DNA of 63,626 nucleotides, filler included, from Neolecta irregularis DAH-3 (GCA_001929475.1; 8 parts of 8 records of this genome joined end to end with filler, not necessarily neighbours in it); one strand, 5' to 3'; shown: positions 12,480-24,845, counted from the whole stretch's first letter. The notes: a model not told the origin generated them from the letters alone. Made by a program: numbers and translations.

Positions 12480-12841
12480 TTAACCACCATGCAATGTACT
12501 AATAAATACAATCTCATCTCGTTCGCAGAGTTCATATTCTTCTCGTCCTTCCAGCTCCCAATCTGCATCATTGACAAGAACCAATATCCCGGGAGTCACA
12601 GTTCCTTCTTGAGTGAACAGAGCCGCCCGTCTATCTTTTAAATGATTATTCCGGAGATATTCAATCAGATGCGCGATATTGAAAGCTTTTCCGTCCTTTG
12701 TTCTGGGTAGTTCTAGGTTTAAATGTCTTATATTTTGGAAGAGCAGTTCTAATCCTCCTCTAATGCGTTACTTCCCAGAAAACTCGTTTTGGGATACCCA
12801 AATTCCACTTTAATCTTTATTTTCTTCTCCTCGTTTGCCAT
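12480..12841 (-). CDS. URM1: Ubiquitin-related modifier / tRNA thiolation sulfur carrier Urm1 (2 exons; not in ORF track)
   Basis: MANEEKKIKIKVEFG|GGLELLF...GTVTPGILVLVNDADWELEGREEYEL...IVFISTLHGG*. Intron 12760-12797. An in-frame upstream ATG exists at 12898. Confidence 0.96.
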
Positions 12842-12952
12842 GTTCTCCCCCAAGTTAGCATCTTTTGCAAGGAAGTTATCTTTTGGTGGTGAGACCATTT
12901 GCGTCGGGTCTCGGAAAAACATCACTCGAACTTCATCTTTTGAGAAAAACAG

Positions 12953-15699
12953 ATGGGTGAATATCGTACCCCAAGAAAACGCAATAGAGGCGAGTCTATT
13001 ACTCTATAATTCTTCTAATTAGATTTCAGACAATGACGATGATGGCCGAGATCGAGATTCGTATAGAAGACCCCGAATATCGCACGCGGAGGAAACGTTG
13101 AAGCGCATCAAACGAGATTTCATGTGTATTGCTGATCCAGTATATTATCCCAAATGAGCTTTATAGTTGACCGAGTAGAGAAATAAAGTTCGACTGGACG
13201 ATGATATCGCATATGTTGCAAAAGCACTCGCCGGTGACTTTTCCCAAAACGATATAAAAGCCGGCTTTCTAAGTCATCTCCGATCATGGTTCCTTCTTTT
13301 TTCCCTGCAACTAACAACCTAAAGTGTTCTTGAACATCCTTACAAGACTCCACACTTTGCTGCTGTGATCGCTCTAGCCAATTCTCGGGAAGAATCTATT
13401 GGGAAGGAGATTTTAGAATACCTGATCATTGCGACTCAAGCGTATCTTGAACAGGGACAATGGCGGAACGTGAAGCTCATGCTACGGTTTCTGGCTTGTT
13501 TGAGTTGTATGATCGAAGGAGAAGGGATTATTGAAATACTTGAAGGACTCGTCAGTGCTGTGGAAAGTTCGACAACAGACGTACAAGGGCGATCGGCACT
13601 CTTTTCTGAGTAATTAATACTAACGCAATAGGGATATGCTGATGAGTTATCTCGAATTGTTTTGTTGACTCTGCCCTTTATTGTTGTTGAATCAGCGGAC
13701 ATATCGCTCAAGGGGATGCTCGACGGCATTGTAGACCGGCTTGGACCATACTTGAATAAAAGGACCGTGGATCTGCGGTTAATCACGCTTTACGATGCCT
13801 CATCTGCGCCATACGAACAGATTGATGCAAGTACACTGTTTAATTCTGCTAATCTATCAGACCCTCGAACTGCTCTGGAGGCAGATCCAGAATCTCAAAA
13901 GATCTAATTGGGAACTCCATTTCATCTCGAGGCCCTGGACATTCTTCGAAAAAGAACTAGCGGAAGGCTTAAAGCATAAACTTCCCGAACTCTCAATCCC
14001 TGCTGCTTTTGAGACATCAGGCTTATTCAGTCTTCCAGAACCATTCTTCCGAGTATATTACGACCAACCGGTTGAGGTATCTATTGATTTGTCCAAACAT
14101 TGATTCCAAGATTGTCCCTCCACCGACAAATATTATCTCCTCCCTGATGCGCGACATTCTTCTAGATACAATCGATATTTTTGAAGTCAACCGAAAAGAC
14201 GCTGCAAAAGTATTCGCTGATCTCGATGTTTACTTTCCTCAAGATCTTTTCGCACCACGAGGGACTCCAGTCGATAAGCTACAGTCCCCAGATATTTCAT
14301 CGACCTGGAAACAAGAAGATACTGTTGTTGAAGCCATTTTTGCAAGATTGTTCAAGTTACCAAATCCCCCTCATCGAGAAGTTTATTATCATTCGCTATT
14401 GATGGAGTTATGTATGGTCGCTCCAAAAGCTCTTGCACCAAGTTTTGGACGAGCTATTAGAGCTATTTATTCAAAGTTAGCGATCACAGATGGTGAGGTT
14501 GCGTATAGGTTCTATGATTGGTTTACGCATCATTTGAGCAATTTTGGATTTTCTTGGAAATGGAATGAATGGTATATTTCTTGTCATAAGTAATGGTTTA
14601 CTGGTATAGGACTGGCGACATTGCGCTTCCAGAGAGTCATCCGCGACGGGTGTTTATTCGAGAAGTCCTTGAGAAGGAGTTACGGCTGAGCTATCACGGG
14701 CGTATTCAAGGAACCATACCGGAAGAATATCAATTCCTAATTGGTGATGAACCACCCAGTACCAATTTCAAATATGCAAATGAAGGTTTGGCTTAGTTGC
14801 TGTATTGTTTTTGACATTTGAAGACGAAGAACTTTACCCTGAAGCATCTGCTCTCTTAGAATCCATGCGTCAAAAGAAAGACCAATCCGAGATCCTTCAA
14901 CAATTGGTCCATATTGAAACCCGAGCACGGGAAGAAGGTCTTGAAAATCCTGAATTTGAATCTCTCGAGATTCTTGTCCAGATTGTCCTTTACTTGGGCG
15001 AAATGTCATTTAGTCATGCGTTAAACAATATCGAACGAAACCTCCAACCATTAATTCAGAAATGTAATGCCAATCAACAAGCCAGACGACATACGATAAG
15101 TGTCGTGATGGATTTCTGGAAATTTCAGCCTTCAATTGGGGCGATTTTATTGGATAAATTGCTAAACTATACTGTCTTAACGCCGTTGAGTGTTATCGAG
15201 TGGCTGTTGGTTGATTCAACATTCGCTGATCGTGCATTCGCATGGGAAATTTCATTCAAGACAATTGATAAAGTCAACGCTAGAGTAACTCGCCTAAGCA
15301 CCCAAGTATCCAACCTTGAAACTCAAGAAATGCAAAATGAACCTCAGCGAGAACATTTCGAACGGGCAAAAAAGACCTTAGCTGGAACTCAAGCTGAGCA
15401 GAAAGAGGTTTTTATTATGCTCGTCGAAAAATTTCCTGGTTTGATCGAAAAGCTGAAAGAGAAGGATGATAGCGAGATGTCAACTGAGGATGGTGGCCCT
15501 TGGGGCGAATGGTGGGGCAAACAGTGGATGAAAGTCATTTTTAGACGGGTAATGCCAATGCCAGTATGGCCTGCTGATGGTCTAGTATTACAAGGAAGTT
15601 GGAGAGCTTGCTGTCCCTCTCAAAGAACTAGCTATTAAGAAAGGTTCACCAGATTACCTCAGAGAAGTATTGGAACAAGTAGCTGTATTGTCACGGTAA
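12953..15699 (+). CDS. CBC1: Nuclear cap-binding complex 80 kDa subunit (Cbp80/Sto1), multi-exon
   Basis: Basic N-terminal NLS RKRNR...RRPR. MIF4G-like motifs YYHSLLMELC, APSFGRAIR, RFYDWFTHHLSNFGFSWKWNEW, KELRLSYHGRI, SFSHALNNIER. Confidence 0.9.
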
Positions 15700-15937
15700 C
15701 CATCCCACTGGTTCATATTCAACACAAATTCGTAAAGCTATTCTTTACTGCAATGAAAAAGAAACCAGCGATTTTTTGTTTTTAATCTAATTTCACATTT
15801 AGTTGAACAGCAGTAACACCCATGATGTCGCCAGTGCTTTGTAGTTAAAGGAAAACATCCTGTCCTATGTATGATCATTGTCCGATTGCCACTGGACTTC
15901 AGAAATCATTTCTTTCAAGACTTGATGCTCGAGGTTC

Positions 15938-17228
15938 TTAAATTTCTGCGAAGTCTGACTCCTGGCGATCTTCATCACTGCTCTCAACTTTTATTTCATC
16001 TAAATCATGTCTCTGAGTCGCATGTCCTTCTTTCGCTTTTGTGGGCCAAAAACTAGGGAGTATAATTTGCTGGAAATAGGGCTCCACACAACGCAGGAGA
16101 AACCATGAACGTAATTGATTTTCAACAAGTTGAGTAAGTTTGGGAATATCTTGGAACCGAGACCGAGCGCCAACCAACGATCGGACTGAAAGTTCGAGCT
16201 GAAAATCTTTTGCAAAGTTGAAGATAAAAGTACTCTCATTGGAGGAACTGATTGTTTCTGTTGATGAAATGAAAGAAATTGACAGCTATTAAATGAGCTA
16301 AAACAGAATTCTCAGAACATACTGTTCCTCGAAACTTGAGGATCGAAATCTCTAGGGCAACTGGAAGGACCGCGAATTCTAGCCGCGGGTAATTTAGTAA
16401 AAGTTTTGTTTCGATACCGAGCGTTATTTGATCTGACAGCTCGATATCCATCTGCGCCCTCTGTTTCTAATCAGCTTCTAGACGATTCATGAAAGGAGAT
16501 ACCAGACGTTCAGAATCACCCTCACAACCACAAATCCGACAATTTCGCATTGTTGGAAATTCCTCTCCAAGATTCACCTCCGTGACCCTCATTTGTCCCT
16601 ATGCCATTACCCGTCAGTTTAGAATTGGACCTTACTACATATCCCGACTTCATTGGCCCATTCAGGATTTCATCGAGTGTAGCCAAGATGGCGTCTTTCG
16701 AGCGGGCATCTTCTCGGAACTGCGAAACTGCTTGGGCGATCAGAACATTTAGCCAATCAAGGCTTTCTGCAGAATGTGTAGATATATTATAGTCTACTTT
16801 GTGCAGTAGAGACGAAATATTGAGCGCAGGTGGGTTTCGTAGGATGGAAGACTTCTTTTTACGGAGCTCGGCAAGTCAGTCTTGACGGTCAGGTTGAGAC
16901 ACACTTGGGTTGGAGAGAGAGATCTCGTTAGATGATCAGGAGTAGGATTTCCAAAAATGAAAAACTTGAGAAAAAGGCAGACCATTAGTATAACGGTCAA
17001 TTGACCGGCCTAGGTAATTAATATTATATCACACTTTTTTCAATGAACCAAGAGTCCTTGGGTAAAGGTCCATCTTCGTGTCAGACTGTTGATCCAGTTG
17101 GATTGGATTTACCTTGGAGTCTGAGCAACAGTTATTCTAGCTATGTATTCCAAAACTGAGAGATCGCCTGATGAGGGTGGTTGAGTGGATACGATTGTCT
17201 TTGTCAATGTAACCTGAGAATCGGACAT
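15938..17228 (-). CDS. MMM1: ERMES subunit Mmm1 (canonical copy), multi-exon
   Basis: WTFTQGLL|LGQLTVIL..FLKFFIFG, HSAESLDWLNVLIAQ, LGEEFP.MRNCRI, LGIETKLLLNYP, VGARSRFQDIPKL, RCVEP. Confidence 0.9.
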
Positions 17229-17774
17229 TGCGGTAGCTTGAAGGTTTCCGGCAATCCTGAAAGCGGATAACCTTTGCCAAACAATTTCTTATTGAAGAAA
17301 TCCCATGATATAGGATTTGTTTGAAACTCAAACCGAAGTTGATACTCTCAAGACATATATCGTATATCACGTGTATAACCAGTCGTGTATCAAGGCACTC
17401 TACTGTCATAGACATCGCCCAGAAAGACATCAAAACTATTCGGGAATACAATGTAAATTTTCCATGTCACCACCTCTTTATATCCTTGCTTCATAAATAT
17501 CTGTTCTCAGAGGCGTATAGCGGTCGCCTTGACTTTATGGCGCAGTATACTCGACTCCACATGTGGGGACACGACTTTACCACAACTTCGCAACCCCCAC
17601 CAGCTTGCCACCGCCACCGCCAAAGTATCGGAACCGGCACAAGCAGCAGCAAGNNNNNNNNNNTCAGCTTGCCACCGCCACCGCCAAAGTATCGGAACCG
17701 GCACAAGCAGCAGCAAGGGTCGCCGATCACNNNNNNNNNNNNNNNNNNNNNNNNNNNNNNNNNNNNNNNNNNNN

Positions 17775-17786
17775 TTAATTAATTAA
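17775..17786. other. Artificial contig-joining linker TTAATTAATTAA inside N-run
   Basis: Identical 12-mer with stops in all six frames, also at 38838, 40286, 42051, 54703, 60768 and 62398, always centred in N-runs. Confidence 0.95.
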
Positions 17787-17830
17787 NNNNNNNNNNNNNN
17801 NNNNNNNNNNNNNNNNNNNNNNNNNNNNNN

Positions 17831-17960
17831 ATTTAAGTCACTACCTACTTGTAGTATGCAATAGTTAAACCTAAGCTCACTAGGAATTCTATGCAAATAA
17901 GCCTCGAAAATAAAGCCTTATATCTTGCTTCTTCGGGCCTTTAAACTTCCCTGCTTGTAA
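17831..17960. repeat. Second copy of the transposon end found at 23571-23699
   Basis: Near-identical to 23571-23699 (atttaagtcactacctacttgtag...ttccctgcttgtaa). Confidence 0.8.
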
Positions 17961-17970
17961 NNNNNNNNNN

Positions 17971-18293
17971 CAACATCGCAAACTGCTCGACCGTGTCAGA
18001 CCAGGCGGGGCTCGCGTGCCTGTGCACGACCGCCATCCAGAACGGGCTCGAGGCCTGCCAGCTGTGCCTCACCTCTGCCGACGCCGGCGGCTCCAACCAG
18101 TATCTGATCTCCTTCCTGCTCCACTGGTACGCGCCCTGTCCCGCTGCTCCACTGACCCTCCAGCGCCAACAACCTCCCCAGCTCCAACGGCACCGCCCCG
18201 AGCCCCGCCGCCCCGCACTCCGCCGCCACCCGCCCCGCCGCCCAGACCGCCGCCCTCGCTGCGCTGCTCTTGTTCCTGCTCGCCGCCCTGTAG
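17971..18293 (+). CDS. Cys-rich, probably GPI-anchored cell-surface protein (5' end in gap)
   Basis: ACLCTTAIQNGLEACQLCL; putative intron gtacgc...ccag; Ser/Ala/Pro linker then hydrophobic tail AALAALLLFLLAAL*. Confidence 0.55.
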
Positions 18294-18677
18294 CCGCGAA
18301 GCCGCTGTTTGTTCTGTATTAGTCTGTTAGTCTGTTTTCTGGCGCTGTGGTCATAGATATCAATGCATAGATTTTGTTCCTCATGGCTCCCATCCTCCTA
18401 TTCATACGGGTGCATTATTCGGCATTTATACATTCATGCCAGGCATTATTCGTGCAAGTGCAATCAACAGCAATATTTACGCACCAATACACATCAATAT
18501 ATCATAGAGGGGATCTCCACAAGACCCGATGCTTAATTTCCCGACCAGGAGGAGGTTCCAGCTACATAAACGCCAAGTGAAAGTATACAAAGGTAAACAC
18601 ATCCCTCGGAACGCTAGACAAATCCCCAACTATAACAAACGAATGTTGAATGAATGAAAGTTTGACAACAGTCCCCA

Positions 18678-20142
18678 TCAAGCAGAATCTTCCCAGACTG
18701 GCAATGCATTCCAGAAATCATCGTCTCCGTCATCAAACAGTTCTCCCAGCTCGGAGCTTTCAGATGAGCTCAAGGCACGTGGTCGTCCAAGCCCGGTTCC
18801 AACGCACCCAACACTTTTACTCATCGTTTCTTCGTCTTCAGTGAGATCACTCCAGCTGACACCAAACTTCATGTGTGATCGAGCTGGCTGATAGCTGGAG
18901 CTGCTCCCCAAATTGACTTTTCGTGCTTTTTGAATCTTCATAGGTGTGAAAGAATGCCCAATACTTGCTCCCAAAGCAGAATCAGCATCATCTTCAGGCA
19001 TAGTTTCCATTCGGTTGAATAAATGTTCATTCGTCGGACCAGCAGACTGGATTTTCTGCGGCTGAGCGGCAAGACGCGATTGCCAGGGAAAGGCAGAAAA
19101 CGCCGCAGACTGAACACTAGGCGTTCGCAATGGTTGTCGATTCTTCGTTGCTAAAACATACACGAAATTGTCCGCTTCAGAAATGCTAATTCTTCGGTAA
19201 TCGTCAGACTCTTCGAAAACCTCAAAATCGTTGGTCCATTCGACAACATGGAGGACGGCCTCTCGCATGGCAGAGAGCGAGCGTTTAGAAGGATCGAGTT
19301 GAAGCGCATGACGAAGGACGTTGTAGGTGTCCTCGGTCATTGATGGTAACGCATCCATAAGGGATATCGGATCTAAAGTCAGAAAGCCGATAAAGATCAC
19401 AAGCACCTCGAGCAAAGTCTGCAAAAATGGGGTCAGACATGTCTGGAGACTTGAAGATATTCTTCCCAAAGACAACATTCAACAAAACAATACCAACAGA
19501 CCAGATATCAGCCTTCTCAGCCGAGTATTCTAGACCGTCAAATTGCTCAGGTGCCATATAGCGATCACTGCCACAACCAATTTCGTCACTGGCTTCGTTC
19601 AGGGTCGCCAGCCCAAAATCGGCTAGCTTGACCTTGACACCTCCTTCTGGTTTAACGCTGAGAAGGAGATTCTCTGGCTTGACATCTCGATGGTAAACGC
19701 GCATCTTATGGCAGTACATGATGGCATCAATGACCTGAAGCATGAGGTTGCGGATACTTTCGGTTTCCTTGGGGGCTCTGTCAGTGCTAATAGCTTCGTA
19801 CAAATCTCCAAGCGGGCAGTACTCCATGACGATGAATCTCGTAGTTCGATTGTCAAAGGATTCGTTAAAGCGAACAACATGCTTGGATTCCAATCTCTGA
19901 AGGATTTTGAGTTCACGGCTCAGGGGTTCATCTTTTGAGACGCATTTTATAGCAACAAGATTCTTCCAGTCATCGGCAAAGTTGAGTCGGAGATCTCTGG
20001 CAAGGATGACAAGGCCAAAGGATCCACGGTTGAGTGTGTTGATGACTTGGTAACGCCTAGATGTAGAATTAGCATAAGCGCAGCATAGAGGCACATACCC
20101 TTTCAGGACAGTACCGATAGGAATATCCTGGACTTTGCTCAT
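18678..20142 (-). CDS. Ser/Thr protein kinase, Ksp1/Ran1-like
   Basis: GSFGLV, VAIKC, HRDVKPEN, DFG, GCGSDRYMAPEQF, DIWSVGIVLLN; two introns; long low-complexity C-tail. Confidence 0.88.
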
Positions 20143-20707
20143 TAGGCGAACTCCGAGAGACGTGCAAATGGAACAGTGGTGCTTATATGCGTTTTGGATG
20201 CAGATGCAGACAAATGTGGATTATTGGAGATAGGAATAGAGTCCAGCATGAAATCGCACAGCGGGGTTCCTGGTGTAGCCGAACGGGAGTCAGTATTCGG
20301 ATTACAGTTGCATCTAACAGACGGCGAGGGCTGGGCGAGATGCAGAAGTGCTTTCGAAAGGGAAGAAAGGGGTATACGGCGTAAGAAGCACAAGCTCGCG
20401 GGTTAGATGGAATGGGGGATGGGGATGGAGAGGGACGGTATATAAGGGCAACAGTGTGTGGGGGATGATAGAAGGGTGTGGTGGGTGGAAGTTGGTTTTT
20501 ATAAAGTGGGCGGGGGTGTGTGGGTCCGGTGATTGGGAGTGGAGCGATTCTGTTTCTGGGTTGGCGCCAGCGTGTCGTTTCCGTCTTTCCAGAAGCCTCC
20601 AGATGTCTCATCTGCACGGTGACGCGCAAGGTGGCTGCAGGCGGATGCGCTACAAAAGGGGCGCTTTATTCCTCTCCTGCCACCAGATAAGGAAAGCTAT
20701 GCGCTGA

Positions 20708-20806
20708 ATGCATAGTAAACGGGCAGATGTATGGGATGTATGCATAGTCAACGGCAGATGTATAGGGTATATGCATAGTAAACGAAGCCTGGCATGGAAT
20801 GTATGC
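20708..20806. repeat. ~32-bp tandem repeat x3
   Basis: Units ATGCATAGT(A/C)AACG...ATGT start at 20708, 20740 and 20771. Confidence 0.7.
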
Positions 20807-21637
20807 GGTATTTAGTGCCGAGGAGACATTCCAAGGGGACCGAGTAATTGCTGCGGCGAACCTGCTGGACCGCTCTTCCACTTTACGACATCCGCATGGC
20901 CTGCCAAATGCCTGTATGTCAGTCACCACCCAGTCCAGTGTAAAAACTCCCACTGAATACATTCTTACTCGAACCATGCCCTTCATGTCACCCTGTGATG
21001 CTTGGCTGCATCTCTTCATAATCTAATCTACCCCATACGCCTCTAGCTATTCCGGAGTGCAAATCGGGACATTGGATGAACAGAGGTCCGCAACTGGCTA
21101 CTTTGAACCCCTTTGAAATAGCACATCTACCGTTATTCACTGCCAAACAGACAACCTCGTGAAGACCAATAAGCAAATAGCCCCAATATTCCTATATGAA
21201 ATTTACGCCTAGAGTTTGAAAGTACCCTTGGAAACGGTGAGTCATTTTCCTTGAAACACCACGAGATCGAGACAGAAATAAAACAATTATTTAATGCCAA
21301 GAATCTTCTCAGACAGGACCCCAACTTGTTCAGTTTATTGAATGTCAATGAGGATGTTGGATTTTTGAGTACCTTGAATGACTAAAATGCCGCTCCCAGT
21401 TGATCTCTGAAATCTCCCCGCGATCACCACAAACAACAATTCCCACATTAGGTAATTTTCAAATACAAAGGATCTGGAAATCGAATTGGACCTGCACTCG
21501 CGTTAAAATTAGCAAACTTGAATATTCTATATTGCAAATGAGATATACTTGCTCCGTCAGATGTAGGGCGAAACTTGCAGCAGACAACAGATGTGGGATT
21601 GTATCAATATTGATGACCGCACATCCCCATTGCCACT

Positions 21638-21867
21638 TCGTTACATATCAGAATAAGATTTATCTGCAATGTATCCAATCACCTCCACTGTATATCGTTA
21701 CATATCAAAATAAGATTTATCGGCAATGTATCCAATCACCTCCACTGTACATCGTTACATATCATAATAAGATTTATCGGCAATGTATCCAATCACCTCC
21801 TCTGCACATCGTTACATATCACAATACGATTTATCTGCAATTTAACCCACCTCCACTGCACGTCGTT
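21638..21867. repeat. 57-bp minisatellite x4
   Basis: Units tcgttacatatcaNaataagatttatcNgcaatgtatccaatcacctccactgtaNa start at 21638, 21695, 21752 and 21809. Confidence 0.9.
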
Positions 21868-23570
21868 CTTTGACACTGAAGCAGAGAATATTTACTGCGT
21901 TCAAGATGTATACAGATACATGACAAAGGGAGATTTCCAAGGAGGGAAATTCACTCGGGAGATTGGTTCGAGTTTCATCGCACACATGATTAAAGTGCTT
22001 CCGGGTGTGAATAATTAAAGGGGATGAAAGAATGTTACATCCGCCCTAACATGGTTTTCATCTTTCCCTCGACTTTAAAACTACAAAATCTTCCCTATCC
22101 GGGATAGTCTGATAATTTGCCAGCCGATCATAAACATCCCATGCCAGCCAGATTATCTTCTGCACCGGTATCGACAATATTTTGAAATTTGGGATATTTC
22201 AATAATTCGCGAATATCCTCAAAGTAACTCGAATTCTTTGCTATTTCTATCGATTCCTCCGTTATCTTCGCTGGGATATAGACGTTGATCGTCGGTTTTT
22301 TTGGAAGAGATGAATCAAGGACTGCCAAAAACGACGAGTTTTCAGAAGGTCCTACCTCGTCCGTCATCAGTATAGGCTGCGGAATTTTCGTCAGAGGTTG
22401 ACTGGAACAAATGATATTAGGGCTACGTTTGTTAATCTTCAATAATTCTTGCGGATGTGATATCGTGGTAAATCCGGTGAAAATTTGTGTATTCCATTTC
22501 GCAAAGGTGCCGTAACCCAAGAGCCAAAAATCGCAGCGACAACGAGTTCAACCGACTCTAAAGGCGGATGTGATTTCGCCAGTTCTCCTAATTCATGCTG
22601 TATCGCTTTATCCGAGAAAGGTATTCTTATTGTTTAGCACCCATGATCTTCGTAGCAAATACCAGTTGTTTATTTTCTAATAGCCTAGACGGTGAAAGAT
22701 CCGCAAATTCTTGTATTCTAGAGTGATCGCAGACAAATTTATTAGTTTCAACTGTGAACTGACGAAATTCTCTTTGATATTTATGGAATCTGTACGGAAT
22801 CGCTAGCAACATGAGGATGGTATTTAGGCTGTAGATTGGTAAGGTATCCATAGAAGCTAGAGCACTTAAATACTTAAACAGCGGAAAGATTTACAACAAA
22901 TAGTGGGATGGCGGACCAAGCCTAGACTTGCTATTAAGTCCAAGTGTGGCCTGTGGGCTTACTTGCTTATTTGGATATTAAGGCTTGCTTGCTTGGACTT
23001 GCTTGATAACTTACTTGCTTGCTAGGATAGATTTGATAGATTTTTGGCATTGCTGCAACTGCGAGTCTTGGGGAGGAGCGGTCGGGCGGCTAACCACGCT
23101 GAGAATAGGAGATTATTATAATATTTGGTATTTTTCCCGCTATGCCGAAAGGACTGGTTCTGCTCTATCAAACCTTTTTTGACTTCATCTTCTTATAATT
23201 CAACTTTGACAACTTCAATTTCTCAAACTTTGGGCTTGAAGTCGGTTTGGCATGATTGATCTGGTCATTATAGCAAGAGGATTCTTGTGATCAGAGTTGA
23301 CACATACAACATGAAGGCTCCTCAAGTTTGTCTTTGCCAGCACGAGAGAACCGAGGATCTAGTCTTGTTTGGCAAGTTGTTACTGATTATCACTAAATCC
23401 TGTCTAGGTTAGTTCACTATCAGACGAAGATTCCTCATTGACGGGATAATAAGCTTCAGCTTCGGTCTGATCATCTGCTGGGAGCTCATCAGCTGTTCTG
23501 TAAGCAGACGAAGCAGCAGTTTCAAATTCTTCCCCAGTTATAGAGATTTCAGATATGGGTCAAGGTTTGG

Positions 23571-23960
23571 ATTTAAGTCACTACCTACTTGTAGTATGCA
23601 ATAGTTAAACCTAAGCTCACTAGGAATTCTATGCCCTAAGCCTCGAAAATAAAGCCTTATATCTTGCTTCTTCGGGCCTTTAAACTTCCCTGCTTGTAAA
23701 ACACACTCTTGGTGGTCAAATTGAGTAATCCAAGCAGCTTAGCAGTGTTCCCATTCTTGGGTTCTTCATGTAATCTTTCATCTGCTGTTACAATTGACAG
23801 CTCCTCAACCTCTTCATCTGACTCCCGCTCTACCTCTGGGTCAAATTGGGAGGTAATGAACTCCTCAATATCATCTGGTCTACCGTGTGTAGCCTCCTCT
23901 GCCAGGTTAAGATAATGAGTATCCATAGCATCATGGATCTAGGCCACATGCTTTAATCTT
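23571..23960 (-). mobile_element. Pogo/CENP-B-like DDE transposon 3' remnant
   Basis: Acidic C-tail YLN.AEE...DIEEFITSQFDPEVERESDEEVEEL resembles fungal pogo-type transposase ends. The terminal segment is repeated at 17831. Confidence 0.5.
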
Positions 23961-24510
23961 GTAATAGTGGAATGGAGTTCCGTGTATTCTTTTTATAATG
24001 AATTTCGCATTAATATTCACTTGCAGTTGAGTCTGTAGTTGTATCCAACCGATGGCAGCAACTGAGACACCAGAGTCACAGAACGAGTCAGCTGGCCATG
24101 AACGGAAGGATGCAAGAGGAACCGCGGAGGCTCGGAATTAAACCCTTATCCTACCTCCGACCCGAAGAGCCGGATATGGGGGATGCCCACGAGCGACGTT
24201 CTATATCATAAACTATACAAGGTAGCTCTATCCCGACAAACCGGAGAGCCTTGGTATTAGTTACTTTCTTGAAAAGTAACGCCCGACTATTCGGCACGAC
24301 TCTAAGGCTCACGAGTATCTGGTACGAATATGGCACACGTGGTTCCTTTCACTGTGGAAGGAAGTCGCTTTTGTTTTACGTTTCTTTGATCTTTGTCTAG
24401 TCACGACAAGTGACGTGGCTGTCTGTCTCCTATATGTAGTACTGTAGCAGTAAGAGTCACAGTTCTTATGATAGGAATCATGAAGGCATATCTCACGTGG
24501 AGATGTTATC

Positions 24511-24845
24511 TGTAAGCTTAACGCCAGAAGTTACAAATAAGACCAGGATATGTTTCTAGTCTAAGTGTTGTAACTCCGTACAGGGACATACCTAGCCTAA
24601 GTGTTGTAACTCAGGCTAGGTATAACTACAAACTCCGCTACTTATTCCACCAACGCCTAATTACTGTATTGGTAATACCGGCTGGATATATCCTTTTATC
24701 ATTATTATATAAACCTGTCACATTACGCATACCTAACCATGTCCACGTATTGAGGTTAGGGTTAATGCTCTCATGTATATGGGTGTCCACGTACCGAGGT
24801 TAGAATAAAGCTTAGTCTTATTCGTACTTGGGTCATCGTCTTACA
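24511..24845. mobile_element. Probable solo LTR
   Basis: TGTAAG...CTTACA termini; 3' end (tagtcttattcgtac...ttaca) resembles the LTR at 1126-1320. The flanks TTATC/GTAGC form only an imperfect TSD. Confidence 0.55.

Noticed and set aside
17600-17717. Direct repeats flanking 10-N gaps (also 38470-38675, 63284-63425; 40157-40221 duplicates 38955-39019)
   Set aside because: Typical unmerged contig overlaps, i.e. assembly artefacts.
17731-17830. TTAATTAATTAA palindrome as a biological element
   Set aside because: It always lies inside N-runs; it is an assembly linker.
21638-21867. CRISPR-like array
   Set aside because: Head-to-tail tandem units with no unique spacers, in a eukaryotic context with no cas genes.
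22128-22851. Two minus-strand ORF fragments as a gene
   Set aside because: No recognisable family and no confident splice model.
24034-24408. Additional solo LTR (TGTAGT...ACGACA)
   Set aside because: Termini and TSD are imperfect and there is no second copy in the window.
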